From IMG/VR virus record IMGVR_UViG_3300020577_006835, positions 4,588 to 68,587 of that record: a stretch of DNA of 64,000 bases. One strand, given 5' to 3'. The stretch comes from a virus. Taxonomy: Duplodnaviria; Heunggongvirae; Uroviricota; Caudoviricetes. Shown piece by piece: positions 1 to 9,875 of this stretch. Within the stretch, counting starts at the first letter, position 1. Every line of letters starts with the position of its first letter. The notes below the pieces were generated by a model. It saw only the letters and a program-made list of their open reading frames with translations, was not told the origin of the DNA and did no database searches. Position numbers and translations under genes: made by a program.

Positions 1-27
1 CGGTCGACCAACAACCGCACCTGGGAG

Positions 28-1608
28 ATGGACCCGTACAGCGTCCTCAAGTTCGACTTCTACCGGGCCAAGTTCACCACCCAGGCGGCCACTGTCGCCT
101 TCAACCCGGTGACCGGTGTCGTTGCCAGCCACCTGATTCTGCTCGTGACGCAGATGGCTCCGCCGTCGACCTCCATCAAGTGGTGGTTCAGCACGGACAA
201 CACGAACTTCATCCCGCTCAGGCCAAACATCCAGGCCAAGCTGAGCAGCATCTTCCGCACGATCTATCTGCGAGCCGACATGGTGGGTGGGGTCGTGGAC
301 GGCAAGCCCACTTCGCCTGCATTCAACTGGCAGCATTTCGGCCTGCTCGGATACACGTTCACCGGTCAGCGTATCCCGTCGACGCAGGAGTACCCGAACC
401 AGATCGAGGCCAACTACATCAGCGAGAACATCTCGATCGGCAGTGGCATCGAGACCCTGCGCACCGTGGTCGAGGAGTACAGGCCGACCGCGGACACGAT
501 CCTGCGCCAGTACTTCTCTGCAGACAACGGGGCGACCTGGGTCGAGTACCCGAACAACACGAGCGCCGTGCCGGAGTACGAGACCAACTTCTCCAGCTAC
601 GTCGAGAGCAGTCTGGGTGGCGACATCTACGAGGTCACGCGCACGCAGCTCTTCCACCCGGTTGGGGTGCCAGCTGCGCTGCAGACCTTCACGACTGCCA
701 ACTCCGGTGGTGCCTTGACGGGTAACACCACCTACTACATCCAGTACACGTTCAAGAACACGTTCGGTGAGTCGCTGCCTTCGGCTCAGCAGTCGCAGAC
801 CACCGCGACAGGCGGCACCGGCACCGCGGCCAAGATCACCTTCGACCTGCCGACCGGCACCAGCTACCCGACCAACACCTCCTACATGTCGGGTGCGCCT
901 GTCTCAGGGTTGACCGGCATCAACGTGTACATGTCGACCACGACTGGGCAGGCCAAGCTGCTCGCGCCCGCCTCGTGGACCTATACCGACCCGTTCGGAG
1001 CCAACGCGACGATCACGGTCACGTCGGCCACTCTGGACGCGTCACAGGCTGCCGTGCCGACGCAGGACACGACCGTCCCGTACCAGTTCCGGACCAGAAT
1101 CCAGCTGGTCGGTCCGTATCAGACGGACCTGATCGAGACCCCGGCCGCGAAGCTGGCAGGCTTCTCCTACGTCAACAGCGGCGGCAGCGTGCCCAACGTC
1201 AACCACACCGTGGTCCTGTCCTGGGTGAGCGCCGACGGGGAGACAGCGCCCTCACCGTCGCTTGGTGTCGGCGAGTACGCAGCGCCGCCTTCGGGCTCGA
1301 CCAACATCATCACCTTGACGCTGCCGGCTTTCCCGCCGCACGCGGTCGGGGCCAAGATCTTCATCAAGCCGGTTTCCGACGGCAGCAACCCGGAGCGCTG
1401 GGTGCAGAACGTGCAGGTGGTCCGCGGTGGGGTGGTGACTCAGACCAACATGATCCTGCCGACGGACTCAGGGCCGTTCCAGATCATCTCCATCCCAACC
1501 GTGGGCGGCCCATACCCGTTGACGGTGAACACTACGGGACCTCTGACAGCCACGGCGCCGCAGGTCTCGAAGCTTCGTGTCATCGCGCACGATGAGGATG
1601 TGCTGTGA
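28..1608 (+). CDS. Virion structural (tail/baseplate-like) protein, probably 5'-truncated by the window edge
   Basis: Frame is open from base 1. Thr/Ser/Gly-rich beta-type sequence with two YY.QYTF...GESLPS-type motifs, also seen in the 9857 protein. Confidence 0.6.
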   Translation: MDPYSVLKFDFYRAKFTTQAATVAFNPVTGVVASHLILLVTQMAPPSTSIKWWFSTDNTNFIPLRPNIQAKLSSIFRTIYLRADMVGGVVDGKPTSPAFNWQHFGLLGYTFTGQRIPSTQEYPNQIEANYISENISIGSGIETLRTVVEEYRPTADTILRQYFSADNGATWVEYPNNTSAVPEYETNFSSYVESSLGGDIYEVTRTQLFHPVGVPAALQTFTTANSGGALTGNTTYYIQYTFKNTFGESLPSAQQSQTTATGGTGTAAKITFDLPTGTSYPTNTSYMSGAPVSGLTGINVYMSTTTGQAKLLAPASWTYTDPFGANATITVTSATLDASQAAVPTQDTTVPYQFRTRIQLVGPYQTDLIETPAAKLAGFSYVNSGGSVPNVNHTVVLSWVSADGETAPSPSLGVGEYAAPPSGSTNIITLTLPAFPPHAVGAKIFIKPVSDGSNPERWVQNVQVVRGGVVTQTNMILPTDSGPFQIISIPTVGGPYPLTVNTTGPLTATAPQVSKLRVIAHDEDVL

Positions 1609-1865
1609 GGAAGACGAGAGGCAAGGCCGGCTGCCTGGAGGTGGTCTACACCCCAGAGGAGGAGGCGGCCTACAAGAAGCGCAGGATCAGGGAGGCCATG
1701 CTCCCGGCTCTGGCCGACCTCATCCTGGCCATGGACGAAGACCCGGCTCCGGCTTCAGGTGGCGGCAAGCTGAAGGCTGCGGCCCAGGCCGGAGAGTCCC
1801 ACAAGGACTCCCTGAAGCACAGGGTCAGGGTTCTGAGAGAGCGACTGAAGACATTCGAACCCTGA
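1605..1865 (+). CDS. Hypothetical protein
   Basis: GTGA overlap with the upstream stop; 86 aa. Confidence 0.55.
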   Translation: MRKTRGKAGCLEVVYTPEEEAAYKKRRIREAMLPALADLILAMDEDPAPASGGGKLKAAAQAGESHKDSLKHRVRVLRERLKTFEP

Positions 1866-1990
1866 CAAGGGTTTGCAGTTCTCGATAGTCTGTTTGTGTC
1901 TGTGTGGTTGCCGGCACTGGTAACCCACTTCAAGTTCTGGAATGTGGAACACGTCATCCGTGGGGATGAGGTTGAGGAGAGGTGGTTGAG

Positions 1991-2485
1991 ATGGCTCGTA
2001 GAGCAAAGAAGACGCGCGACGAGAGCGAGCTGAAGATCGGCGTCCAGGGGTTCGTCCGCGCACTCGCGGTGGACGCGCGCACGGGCAAGGTCCTCGCCGA
2101 GCGCAAGACCAAGAACATCGTGGTCGACGGCGGCCGCAACGAGATCATCCGACTGATCTCGAACAACGGTGTCACTGCAGGCGGCAAGATCTCGCATCTT
2201 GAGCTTGGCACCGGTACCACGAGTGCGAACGTCACGGACACCGCCCTGGCTGGCGCGACCGGCAACCGTGCCACGGTGGCGGGCTCGCTGCTGACCAACG
2301 GCACCGTGCAGTACACGTGCTCGTTCGACACTGCGTTCGCGACAGGCGCAGCACTGCAAGAGGTTGGTCTGTTCAACAGCGCCTCGGCGGGCACGATGTT
2401 CGCCAGAGCGAAGTTCGGCACGATCAACAAGACCAGCGAGATGACGCTGGCGTTCACGTATCAGCTCAACTTCACGACGGGCTGA
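1991..2485 (+). CDS. Tail-fibre/baseplate-associated structural protein
   Basis: NIVVDGGRNEI...LGTGTTSANVTDTAL...EVGLFN...MFARAKF pattern typical of phage tail proteins; GAGG SD before ATG 1991. Confidence 0.7.
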   Translation: MARRAKKTRDESELKIGVQGFVRALAVDARTGKVLAERKTKNIVVDGGRNEIIRLISNNGVTAGGKISHLELGTGTTSANVTDTALAGATGNRATVAGSLLTNGTVQYTCSFDTAFATGAALQEVGLFNSASAGTMFARAKFGTINKTSEMTLAFTYQLNFTTG

Positions 2486-2522
2486 TGGCTCGCAGCGCCT
2501 TCGGGCGCTGCCTGGAGGGTGT

Positions 2523-3044
2523 GTGCGGAAGGTGAAGTACGAGAACATCCGACTCAACGTCGGATGTGGCATGGACAACCCGGCCGGGTGGGTTGGAATG
2601 GATCGAAGGGTGGTCCCCGGTGTCGACATCGTGCACGACATCGAGGATCTCCCATGGCCGCTACGGGACAACAGCTGCATGACTGTGTTGATGAGCCACG
2701 TCATGGAGCACCTGGACCCGCGCAAGATGATCGACATCTTCGACGAGATCTGGCGTGTCCTCGTCCCTGGCGGGCAGCTGATGGTGGCAGTTCCGTACGC
2801 CGGCAGCACGGGCGCCTATCAGGACCCGACGCACACGAGACCTGGCTTCAACGAGCAGACGTTCGAGTACTTCGACCCGTCGAAGCACTTGTACTCGATC
2901 TATCAGCCCAGGCCGTACAAGATTGTGCTGATGGACTACAAGGTCGGTGACTACGTCAACGTCGTCCTGGAGAGCCTGAAGAAGGCAGACGTGGGCAAGG
3001 TCACCAAGATCACTGGCAAGAGGGGGGTTCGGGTTGCGGCCTGA
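2523..3044 (+). CDS. Class I SAM-dependent methyltransferase
   Basis: LNVGCG motif I, D...D..HDIEDLPWP, SHVMEH, DPTH. Confidence 0.85.
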   Translation: MRKVKYENIRLNVGCGMDNPAGWVGMDRRVVPGVDIVHDIEDLPWPLRDNSCMTVLMSHVMEHLDPRKMIDIFDEIWRVLVPGGQLMVAVPYAGSTGAYQDPTHTRPGFNEQTFEYFDPSKHLYSIYQPRPYKIVLMDYKVGDYVNVVLESLKKADVGKVTKITGKRGVRVAA

Positions 3045-3136
3045 TGTTGGCGGTGTCGGGGATCAGGTGACTGTAGCGGTCACGTACGTCAAGAGTGAGG
3101 CGGCTAAGCCGGCAGATGAGCAGAGGGAAAAGGTAA

Positions 3137-3928
3137 GTGGCGAAGATCAAGAATCTGACCGTACTGAGGAACCCGCACCCGGAGCAGCATGAGCGCCACA
3201 AGATCCTGGTCAGCATCCCGTTCACGGGGCTAGTCCGGTTCGAGTGGCACATGGCTATGCAGAGCATCTTGTACCCAACCAACTGGTTGCACACGACGTT
3301 CTGCCCTGCCGGTTTCGAGGTCGGCGTAGCCCGCAATGAGGCAGTGCAGGCAGCTCTGCAAGGGGACTTCGACTGGTTGTTCTTCATCGACCACGACGTC
3401 CTGCTGCCGCCGGACATCTACATCAAGCTCAGGAAGTACATGACCGCAGGCGACAAGCCCATCGTCGCAGGCCTCTACTACACGAAGGCCAGCACGCCTG
3501 AGCCGCTGATCTACCGCGGCCGTGGCACAGGTCCGTACTACGACTGGAACCCCGGCGACGGGGTGTGGGCCGACGCCACAGGCATGGGCTGCACACTGAT
3601 CAACATGAGGCTCTTCCGGGCCATGAAGCCGCCCTGGTTCGTCACACCACGCGACTTCTCGATCGACGCTAGCGGCTACTCCCGCGCGACGGGCACCGAG
3701 GACATCTACTGGTACGACCGTGTCATCAACGAGGGGGTCATCGAGAAGGCTGGCTTCAAGATCCCCGACCCGAAGCTGCCGGTGTACGTCGACACGTCCA
3801 TCATGTGTGAGCACGTCGACAACGACGGCCGCAGGTTCCCCTCCTGCATGGAAGGTGCACACCTCGTCAACCACCAAGCCGCTCTGAAGGCGATCGGAAA
3901 GCGCCCGAAGAGGATGAAGTCGGCTTGA
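3137..3928 (+). CDS. Glycosyltransferase, GT-A/GT2-like
   Basis: ARNEAVQAAL, FFIDHD (DxD-like), GMGCTLI, EDIYW, VDTSIMCEH. Confidence 0.8.
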   Translation: MAKIKNLTVLRNPHPEQHERHKILVSIPFTGLVRFEWHMAMQSILYPTNWLHTTFCPAGFEVGVARNEAVQAALQGDFDWLFFIDHDVLLPPDIYIKLRKYMTAGDKPIVAGLYYTKASTPEPLIYRGRGTGPYYDWNPGDGVWADATGMGCTLINMRLFRAMKPPWFVTPRDFSIDASGYSRATGTEDIYWYDRVINEGVIEKAGFKIPDPKLPVYVDTSIMCEHVDNDGRRFPSCMEGAHLVNHQAALKAIGKRPKRMKSA

Positions 3929-3929
3929 T

Positions 3930-6917
3930 GTGCCTCTCCTCCTTCTACTCGATGGATCAGGAGTCGAAGAACAGACTCGATACATCACAGACACTATCGT
4001 CTCGCAGCCGGACTTGCTCCGACTGCTTGACTCAGTAAGACCCCAACCAGACACTGTTGCTGGTGGCGATCCTGCACGTGGGATCGCCGCCAGCATCAGC
4101 CCGGCAGACACGGTCAAGGTGTCTGACCCGAAGACGATCTCGGTCAGCGTACCCAAGACGGACCAGGTCGGCATCCCGGACCCGAAGACCCTCACAGCCT
4201 CAAACTCCGGGCGCGACACCCTCTCCCTGCTCGATCTTCGTGGGGCCGGCGTGGGCAGGGTGGATACGGCCAGCGTCTCCGATTCGAGGTCGATCAGACC
4301 CTCGATCTGGAAGACGGACACCGGGGCCTTCTCAGACCTCCGAGGCGCTGGTGTCGGGCGCACCGACGGAGTCGCCGCCTCCGAGCAGAAGAGTTTGCAG
4401 GTTGGGAACTCTCGTCAAGACACGGCAGCGGTCTCAGACCCTCGTGGCGCAGGTGTCGGCCTCAAGGCCGACACGGTCTCTCTCCTAGACCTCAAAGCGC
4501 TCAAGCCGTCCATCGCGAAGACGGACGCCGTGGCGGTCTCCGACCCCCGGGGTGCTGGTATCGGCCTCAAGGCCGACGGCTTGGCGCTCTCAGACCTCCG
4601 CAACGTCAATACCGGGGTCTCGAAGACGGACACCGGGTCCTTCTCCGATCTCCGTGGCGCCGGTGTCGGCCGAGTCGACACCGTGTCCGAGTCCGATCTG
4701 CGTCAGCTCACAGGCTCCCTGCTCAAGGCGGATACGGCATCGGTCTCCGACTCTCGTGGGGCAGGTGTCGGGCTCAAGGCTGACACGGTGTCCGGTTCTG
4801 ACTCTAAGAGCCTCAGGGTCAACACCGCGAAGGTGGACACGGCGGCCGCTTCTGACCCTCGTGGCGCAGGCATCGGACTCAAGGCCGACACCGTGTCTGC
4901 CGCCGACTCTAAGAGTCTCAGGGTCGACACCTCAAAGGTGGACCTCGTCCCCATTGCCGACCCTCGTGGTGCTGGTGTCGGGCTCAAGGCAGACACGGTG
5001 TCCTCCTCGGACCAGAAGCTGGTCGGAGCCAACACGTCGAAGACGGACACCACGGCTGCCGACGATCGGCGTCTCATCAGGGTGTCTGACACCGTCAGGG
5101 ACGTCGTAGTCTCGATGGACGCCATCACCGCGGGCGTCCTCGTGACCAACATCTTGTCCGCCCTGGACAAGATGAACCTGGCCGTCTCGCTGAGTCTCCT
5201 CGACACCGTGGTGGTTGGAGACGCCTGGACGATCGACAGTGGTGTTCCTGTCCAGAGCAGGCTCATCACGGACACGATCGCCAGTGGGGGGTCACTCGGA
5301 GTAGGTGCCGGCATCGCGAACACCCTCGCGGCGCTCGACCAGAGGTTCATCAGCTCTCTGGTGCAGGTGATCAACCAGACGATCCTGTCCGACTCAAGAC
5401 TGGTCCTGCTCGGCTTGTCCAAGTCGGATACCGTTTCGGTCTCCGAGGTGAAGATCCAGGCCCTGACAGACGCACATCAAGACGGGCTCGTGCTGGCCGA
5501 CGTCAGGCAGATTCTGGGCAGCATCGTCAAGAGCGATGACGTCAAGGTTGGGGACGCGGTGTCCGCCCTCCAAGCCTGGCAGAAGCAGATTACGGACACG
5601 GTCAAGGCCTCTCAAACCTTCAGCGCCGGAGTGGGCCTCGCCAACGTACTGAGCGCCGCAGACCTGCGCGCCATCTTGTCGAGCGTCTCCAAGACAGACA
5701 CGGTCTCTGCCGGCGAGGTCAAGAGCATCAATCCTGGCCTGAGCCACAGCGACATCGCCGCTGCAGGTCAGCAACTCGGAGCCGGCGTAGGGCTGACCAA
5801 CACCTTCAAGGTGGCCGACGTCGTCGCCAAGGTGCAGGCGTGGGTGATCAGCATCCTTGACAACGTCAAGGTGGACGACGCCACGAAGCAGGCACTCGCG
5901 ATCGCTCTGAGAGATAGTGTGCTTGTCAGCGAGACCCTCACCACTGCGATGGGTGGCGGCAACTCCGGCTACAGCATCGACACGACCAAGCTCCTAGACA
6001 CGCTGTCCATTCTGGTCAGCGCGGCGCTCCGGGACACCATCAACGGCGCCGACAAGCTGTACCCTGGCATCGGTGTCGCGAACACTCTCGTCGCTCGCGA
6101 AGGGGCCAAGTCAATCGGAACAGGGCTGCAGGATCAGCTCACGCTGCGCAACCCACTGCTGACAGATGTCTCCCAGAGGACGGCCGAGGGGGTCTCCGCC
6201 GCGGACGTCAGGGCTCTGCAGCCCAGGTACACGCTCCTGGACAGCGTCACCAGCAGCGAGAGGCTGCGCCAGAGCTTGCAGGCAGCCCTGGCCGACATGG
6301 TGTCAATCAACGACCAGAAGGCGTTGAACCTGGCAGTCGCCAAGTTGGCCGACCAGCTTCTTGCCGGGGACAAGAGGTCGGTAGGGGTCGAACCGCGCAT
6401 CGCTGACTCTGTCAGAGCGTCTGACCGCGTGGCGCAGGCTGTGCTGGCCAACATCTCGGACGGCGTGGTCATCACCAAGGCTGCGCTCGGCCTGGCCCTG
6501 GCTGTCGCGGACACTCTGACCTTGTCCGAGCTGCATCGTGCAGCAGCCGGCATCCTGCACGCCGATGCTTCGGTGCTGAGCGACCCCAAGACCCTGAGCA
6601 TCTTCAGGATCATCACGGACACAGCGCCCGTCATCGACCAAACGGCCGGAGTACGCGGCCTGCAGCTCATGTTGCAAGACATGCTGCTCAGCTCGGACAG
6701 GCTGTCGGCCTCTGTCTCAACTTTGATTCAGGCTGCCCTTGGTGTACTCGATGAGGCAACCAACGACGGCATCCCAGGGCCACCAGTCCTCTTCCTAAGG
6801 TTTACCGAAGAGGTTCTGAGGACTCACGGATTTACTGGTCAGGCGCTCAGGCTGCAAAAGTTCACCGACGAGGTTTTGCGGACTCACGGTTTCACGAAGC
6901 AGTCTCTCAAGAGGTAG
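3930..6917 (+). CDS. Large Ser/Thr/Asp-rich repeat protein (probable virion fibre or decoration protein)
   Basis: 995 aa with recurrent DT(V/A)S.SD repeats and a C-terminal duplicated FT(E/D)EVLRTHGFT motif. Confidence 0.65.
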   Translation: MPLLLLLDGSGVEEQTRYITDTIVSQPDLLRLLDSVRPQPDTVAGGDPARGIAASISPADTVKVSDPKTISVSVPKTDQVGIPDPKTLTASNSGRDTLSLLDLRGAGVGRVDTASVSDSRSIRPSIWKTDTGAFSDLRGAGVGRTDGVAASEQKSLQVGNSRQDTAAVSDPRGAGVGLKADTVSLLDLKALKPSIAKTDAVAVSDPRGAGIGLKADGLALSDLRNVNTGVSKTDTGSFSDLRGAGVGRVDTVSESDLRQLTGSLLKADTASVSDSRGAGVGLKADTVSGSDSKSLRVNTAKVDTAAASDPRGAGIGLKADTVSAADSKSLRVDTSKVDLVPIADPRGAGVGLKADTVSSSDQKLVGANTSKTDTTAADDRRLIRVSDTVRDVVVSMDAITAGVLVTNILSALDKMNLAVSLSLLDTVVVGDAWTIDSGVPVQSRLITDTIASGGSLGVGAGIANTLAALDQRFISSLVQVINQTILSDSRLVLLGLSKSDTVSVSEVKIQALTDAHQDGLVLADVRQILGSIVKSDDVKVGDAVSALQAWQKQITDTVKASQTFSAGVGLANVLSAADLRAILSSVSKTDTVSAGEVKSINPGLSHSDIAAAGQQLGAGVGLTNTFKVADVVAKVQAWVISILDNVKVDDATKQALAIALRDSVLVSETLTTAMGGGNSGYSIDTTKLLDTLSILVSAALRDTINGADKLYPGIGVANTLVAREGAKSIGTGLQDQLTLRNPLLTDVSQRTAEGVSAADVRALQPRYTLLDSVTSSERLRQSLQAALADMVSINDQKALNLAVAKLADQLLAGDKRSVGVEPRIADSVRASDRVAQAVLANISDGVVITKAALGLALAVADTLTLSELHRAAAGILHADASVLSDPKTLSIFRIITDTAPVIDQTAGVRGLQLMLQDMLLSSDRLSASVSTLIQAALGVLDEATNDGIPGPPVLFLRFTEEVLRTHGFTGQALRLQKFTDEVLRTHGFTKQSLKR
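4233..5063 (+). repeat. Eight tandem intragenic 102/105-bp repeats (34-35 aa, D(P/L)RGAG(V/I)G(LKA/RV)DT...)
   Basis: Unit starts at 4233, 4335, 4437, 4542, 4647, 4749, 4854 and 4959. Confidence 0.9.
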
Positions 6918-6963
6918 AAGTTCGTCAGTCAGACATTGAAGTCGGTGTCCGGGAGGAAGAACG

Positions 6964-7785
6964 ATGATGAGGAAGGCCTCTAAAAAGCCGTGGATCTCGG
7001 TGATCATCCCCACAAGGGAGCACCCGGAGATGCTTGCCAAGTGCATGAAGAGCCTGGCTGCGGCCGTCAAGAAGTCGAAGTGTTGGATCGAGATCATCGT
7101 CATCGACGGCGACGATGACCCGGAGCCTGTGCAGAAGGTGCTGCGCGCCGCCAACCTGGACGAGGTCAACTACACGGTGGCCGAGGGTTGGTGGAACTTC
7201 TCCCGCATCAACAACCACGCAGCCTCACTCACCAGCGGTGAGTACCTGCTGCTCCTCAACGACGACTGCTTCGTCCCGCCGACCTTCTTCGATGACCTTG
7301 GGCAGCTGTCCGACGATGAGATCCTGGGCTTCCTGCTGATCTACGAGGACAAGGTTCGCATCCAGCACGCCGGCATCGACATCATCCAGAACTGCCAGCC
7401 GGTCAATATGGGGCTGGCCATCCCGTGGCCCAACTACTCTGCGTCGCCGCGCACCCGGGTGACTGGGGTCAGCATGGCCTGCTGTTTGGTGCCACGCAGA
7501 GTGTTCGACGCGCTCGGAGGGCTGGATGTTGATTACAACTTCGGCCTGGAGGACGTCGACTTCTCGCTGAGGGCCTGGGAGAACGGGTACCGCGTCACCA
7601 TGTGCAACGACATCAAGTGCGTGCACGTCGGCAACGTCAGCGGCCACCTCATGACCGCCCTATCGCCAAGAAACAGTCCGCTGTACAATTTCCAGGTGTT
7701 CCATAAGAAGTGGCTCCAGTCGGGCCGTCTGAGCACTGTGGTGGGGTTGGTGGGTGATGGCGATCGAACCGAGAACAGGGCTTGA
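6964..7785 (+). CDS. Glycosyltransferase family 2
   Basis: ISVIIPT, NFSRINN, LLLLNDD, IQHAGI, GGLDVDY...EDVDFSLR. Confidence 0.9.
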   Translation: MMRKASKKPWISVIIPTREHPEMLAKCMKSLAAAVKKSKCWIEIIVIDGDDDPEPVQKVLRAANLDEVNYTVAEGWWNFSRINNHAASLTSGEYLLLLNDDCFVPPTFFDDLGQLSDDEILGFLLIYEDKVRIQHAGIDIIQNCQPVNMGLAIPWPNYSASPRTRVTGVSMACCLVPRRVFDALGGLDVDYNFGLEDVDFSLRAWENGYRVTMCNDIKCVHVGNVSGHLMTALSPRNSPLYNFQVFHKKWLQSGRLSTVVGLVGDGDRTENRA

Positions 7786-8143
7786 GATCTTCGGCCCGGT
7801 AGGAGAGCGCTCGACGGCGCTCTACACCGCCACCCTGGTCACGACCAGCGAGGATGGCGCCGGTGACCAGATCCCTGTGCCAGGTCTCACCAGCCTGGCG
7901 CTGACGATCTACGACCTGGAAAGCAACGCCGTCATCAGACCCAGGGGGTCGGTGCTCAACGAGAACGACGGGACGTTCTCGAACGGCGTGCTGACCGTGA
8001 AGTTCAGCGCCTCGGACAACATCATCCGCAACGGACGCAAACAGTTCGAAGACCACGTAGCCGTGTTTCACTACACGTTTGGGGCCGGGGAAGAGGGCCA
8101 CCACGGAGTTGTGATTCGCGTCAAGAACCTGGGGTACGTGTGA
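7754..8143 (+). CDS. Hypothetical beta-rich protein (possibly structural)
   Basis: Coupled to both neighbours; short beta-strand pattern. Confidence 0.55.
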   Translation: MMAIEPRTGLEIFGPVGERSTALYTATLVTTSEDGAGDQIPVPGLTSLALTIYDLESNAVIRPRGSVLNENDGTFSNGVLTVKFSASDNIIRNGRKQFEDHVAVFHYTFGAGEEGHHGVVIRVKNLGYV

Positions 8144-9099
8144 AGGTTCTGATCGTCCACAACGAGCGCGGCAACGACTACGACCTGGTTTGGAAAGCAC
8201 TGCTCGAAGCGGGGCACACTGTCTCTCTGGTCCACGCTGACGAGAAGCTCGCGCTGACTCTGTCCGACACGCAGCCGGACATCGTGTTCAACCTGGCGAC
8301 AGGTCTCACGGGTACGCACCGACGCGTGTTCGCGCCAGCCTGCTTCGATCTGGCCGGCATCCCGGCCACAGGCTCGGACGCGCTGACGACCGCCATCTGC
8401 CATGACAAGATGTCGTGCAAGGAGGTGCTCTCGCTGCTGAACATTCCGACGCCGAGAGCGGTGCTCGTGGACAGCATCGGTGCCCTGCGCTCGAAGCAGC
8501 AAATGATCAGCTACCCGGCCTTCGTGAAGCCGAACAACGGCTCCGACTGCCGCGGGATCGCCGAGCGCTCCCTGTGCCGCAACGCCTCTGACACCATGCT
8601 GGCCGTGGCCGAGCTTCTCGGCGAAGAGATGGGTCCGGTGATCGTCGAAGACGCTATCGCCGGGAAGGAGGTGTCGGTCGTGATCCTGGGTACCTGGCCC
8701 GATCTGACCGTGTTGCCTCCTGTGCAGCTGAGCCTGACACCTGAGGACGGCTTCGAGGTCTACGGCGAAGAGTACCGCGAGCACATCATCGACAACCCGT
8801 TCTCCGCTGCGCAGCTTCACCCGAAGGTCAACAACGCGCTCCTCGACTTCGCGCAGAACGCGTACGCGCACCTGGGTTGCCGTGACTGGGCTCGCGTCGA
8901 CTTCATCGTCGGTGTCGACCAGACGCCGTACCTGATCAACATCGAGACGATCCCAAGGTTGTCTGATGTCGAGCGGGTGGTAGCGGCCGCGAAGCTCGAC
9001 GGTGTGACGATGCAGGAGCTGATCCAGTTCGTGCTCAACACTGCGATCACAAGGGCTGAGGTGGTGACCGAGAGTGACGTTGAAGATGAGGAGTCGTGA
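8140..9099 (+). CDS. D-Ala-D-Ala ligase-like ATP-grasp protein
   Basis: PDIVFN, GIPATGS, DKMSCK, FVKP, IVED...GKEVSV, LGCRDWARVDF. Confidence 0.85.
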   Translation: MKVLIVHNERGNDYDLVWKALLEAGHTVSLVHADEKLALTLSDTQPDIVFNLATGLTGTHRRVFAPACFDLAGIPATGSDALTTAICHDKMSCKEVLSLLNIPTPRAVLVDSIGALRSKQQMISYPAFVKPNNGSDCRGIAERSLCRNASDTMLAVAELLGEEMGPVIVEDAIAGKEVSVVILGTWPDLTVLPPVQLSLTPEDGFEVYGEEYREHIIDNPFSAAQLHPKVNNALLDFAQNAYAHLGCRDWARVDFIVGVDQTPYLINIETIPRLSDVERVVAAAKLDGVTMQELIQFVLNTAITRAEVVTESDVEDEES

Positions 9100-9875
9100 T
9101 GTCTGGCCTTCGTGACACGGTCAACCGGACCAACCCTACAGCCAACTACCCGACCACGACGTACTTCGGGATCATGAAGTACCCGGCGCTCGTGGACGCA
9201 GACCTCAACTCAGGTGCCGGGGGTCCGATCAACACGGAGAGGGTGTCTCTCCAGTGGGGTCCTCTGAGCTTCGGGGTGATCGCGAGCGCCGTGTCTGCCG
9301 TCGGGGACTACCCGTGCGAGACGCTGAACGGGACGATCGGCAACACTGCTGTCACCGTGTCCTCTACTTCCGGCACCACCGTCACTCTTTCCGGGTCGAT
9401 GACGTGGAACCCGACCGGGCTGTTGCTGCTGTTCCAGGACGTCGCAGTGAACGCCAACGACTACACGTGGTACCGGATCGTCGATCAGCCGACCGCCAGC
9501 TCGCTCACACTGAATCGTGCTCCGGCCACTATCTCGTCGGGGCCTGTGGCTTTCAAGTTCCTGATCGACTGTGAGAACCTGAACGCTCTGTTCGTGAAGA
9601 CGGAGTACTCCGTATCCGGAGCGACCTGCGACTTGATCCCGGCCTTCTACGACACCGGTCGCACGCCGGCTGGAACACCAGCTGGTCGTGCCCCGATGCG
9701 CTTCCCGTCAGGAATCGTCTCTCCGGCCAACAACGGCGACAACACTGACTCCACTTCTGGCGGCTACCACGGGGATGCCGTCAGCGTGAACTGTGCAGGT
9801 GCCACTGGTGCGAAGGTCAGGCTTCACACCGCACCTACGTCTGGAACTGTGTCTCTATGGGCATGCGCAAGCTAG
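9096..9875 (+). CDS. Hypothetical protein (probably structural)
   Basis: 259 aa, Thr/Ser/Gly-rich, inside the structural operon. Confidence 0.55.
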   Translation: MMSGLRDTVNRTNPTANYPTTTYFGIMKYPALVDADLNSGAGGPINTERVSLQWGPLSFGVIASAVSAVGDYPCETLNGTIGNTAVTVSSTSGTTVTLSGSMTWNPTGLLLLFQDVAVNANDYTWYRIVDQPTASSLTLNRAPATISSGPVAFKFLIDCENLNALFVKTEYSVSGATCDLIPAFYDTGRTPAGTPAGRAPMRFPSGIVSPANNGDNTDSTSGGYHGDAVSVNCAGATGAKVRLHTAPTSGTVSLWACAS

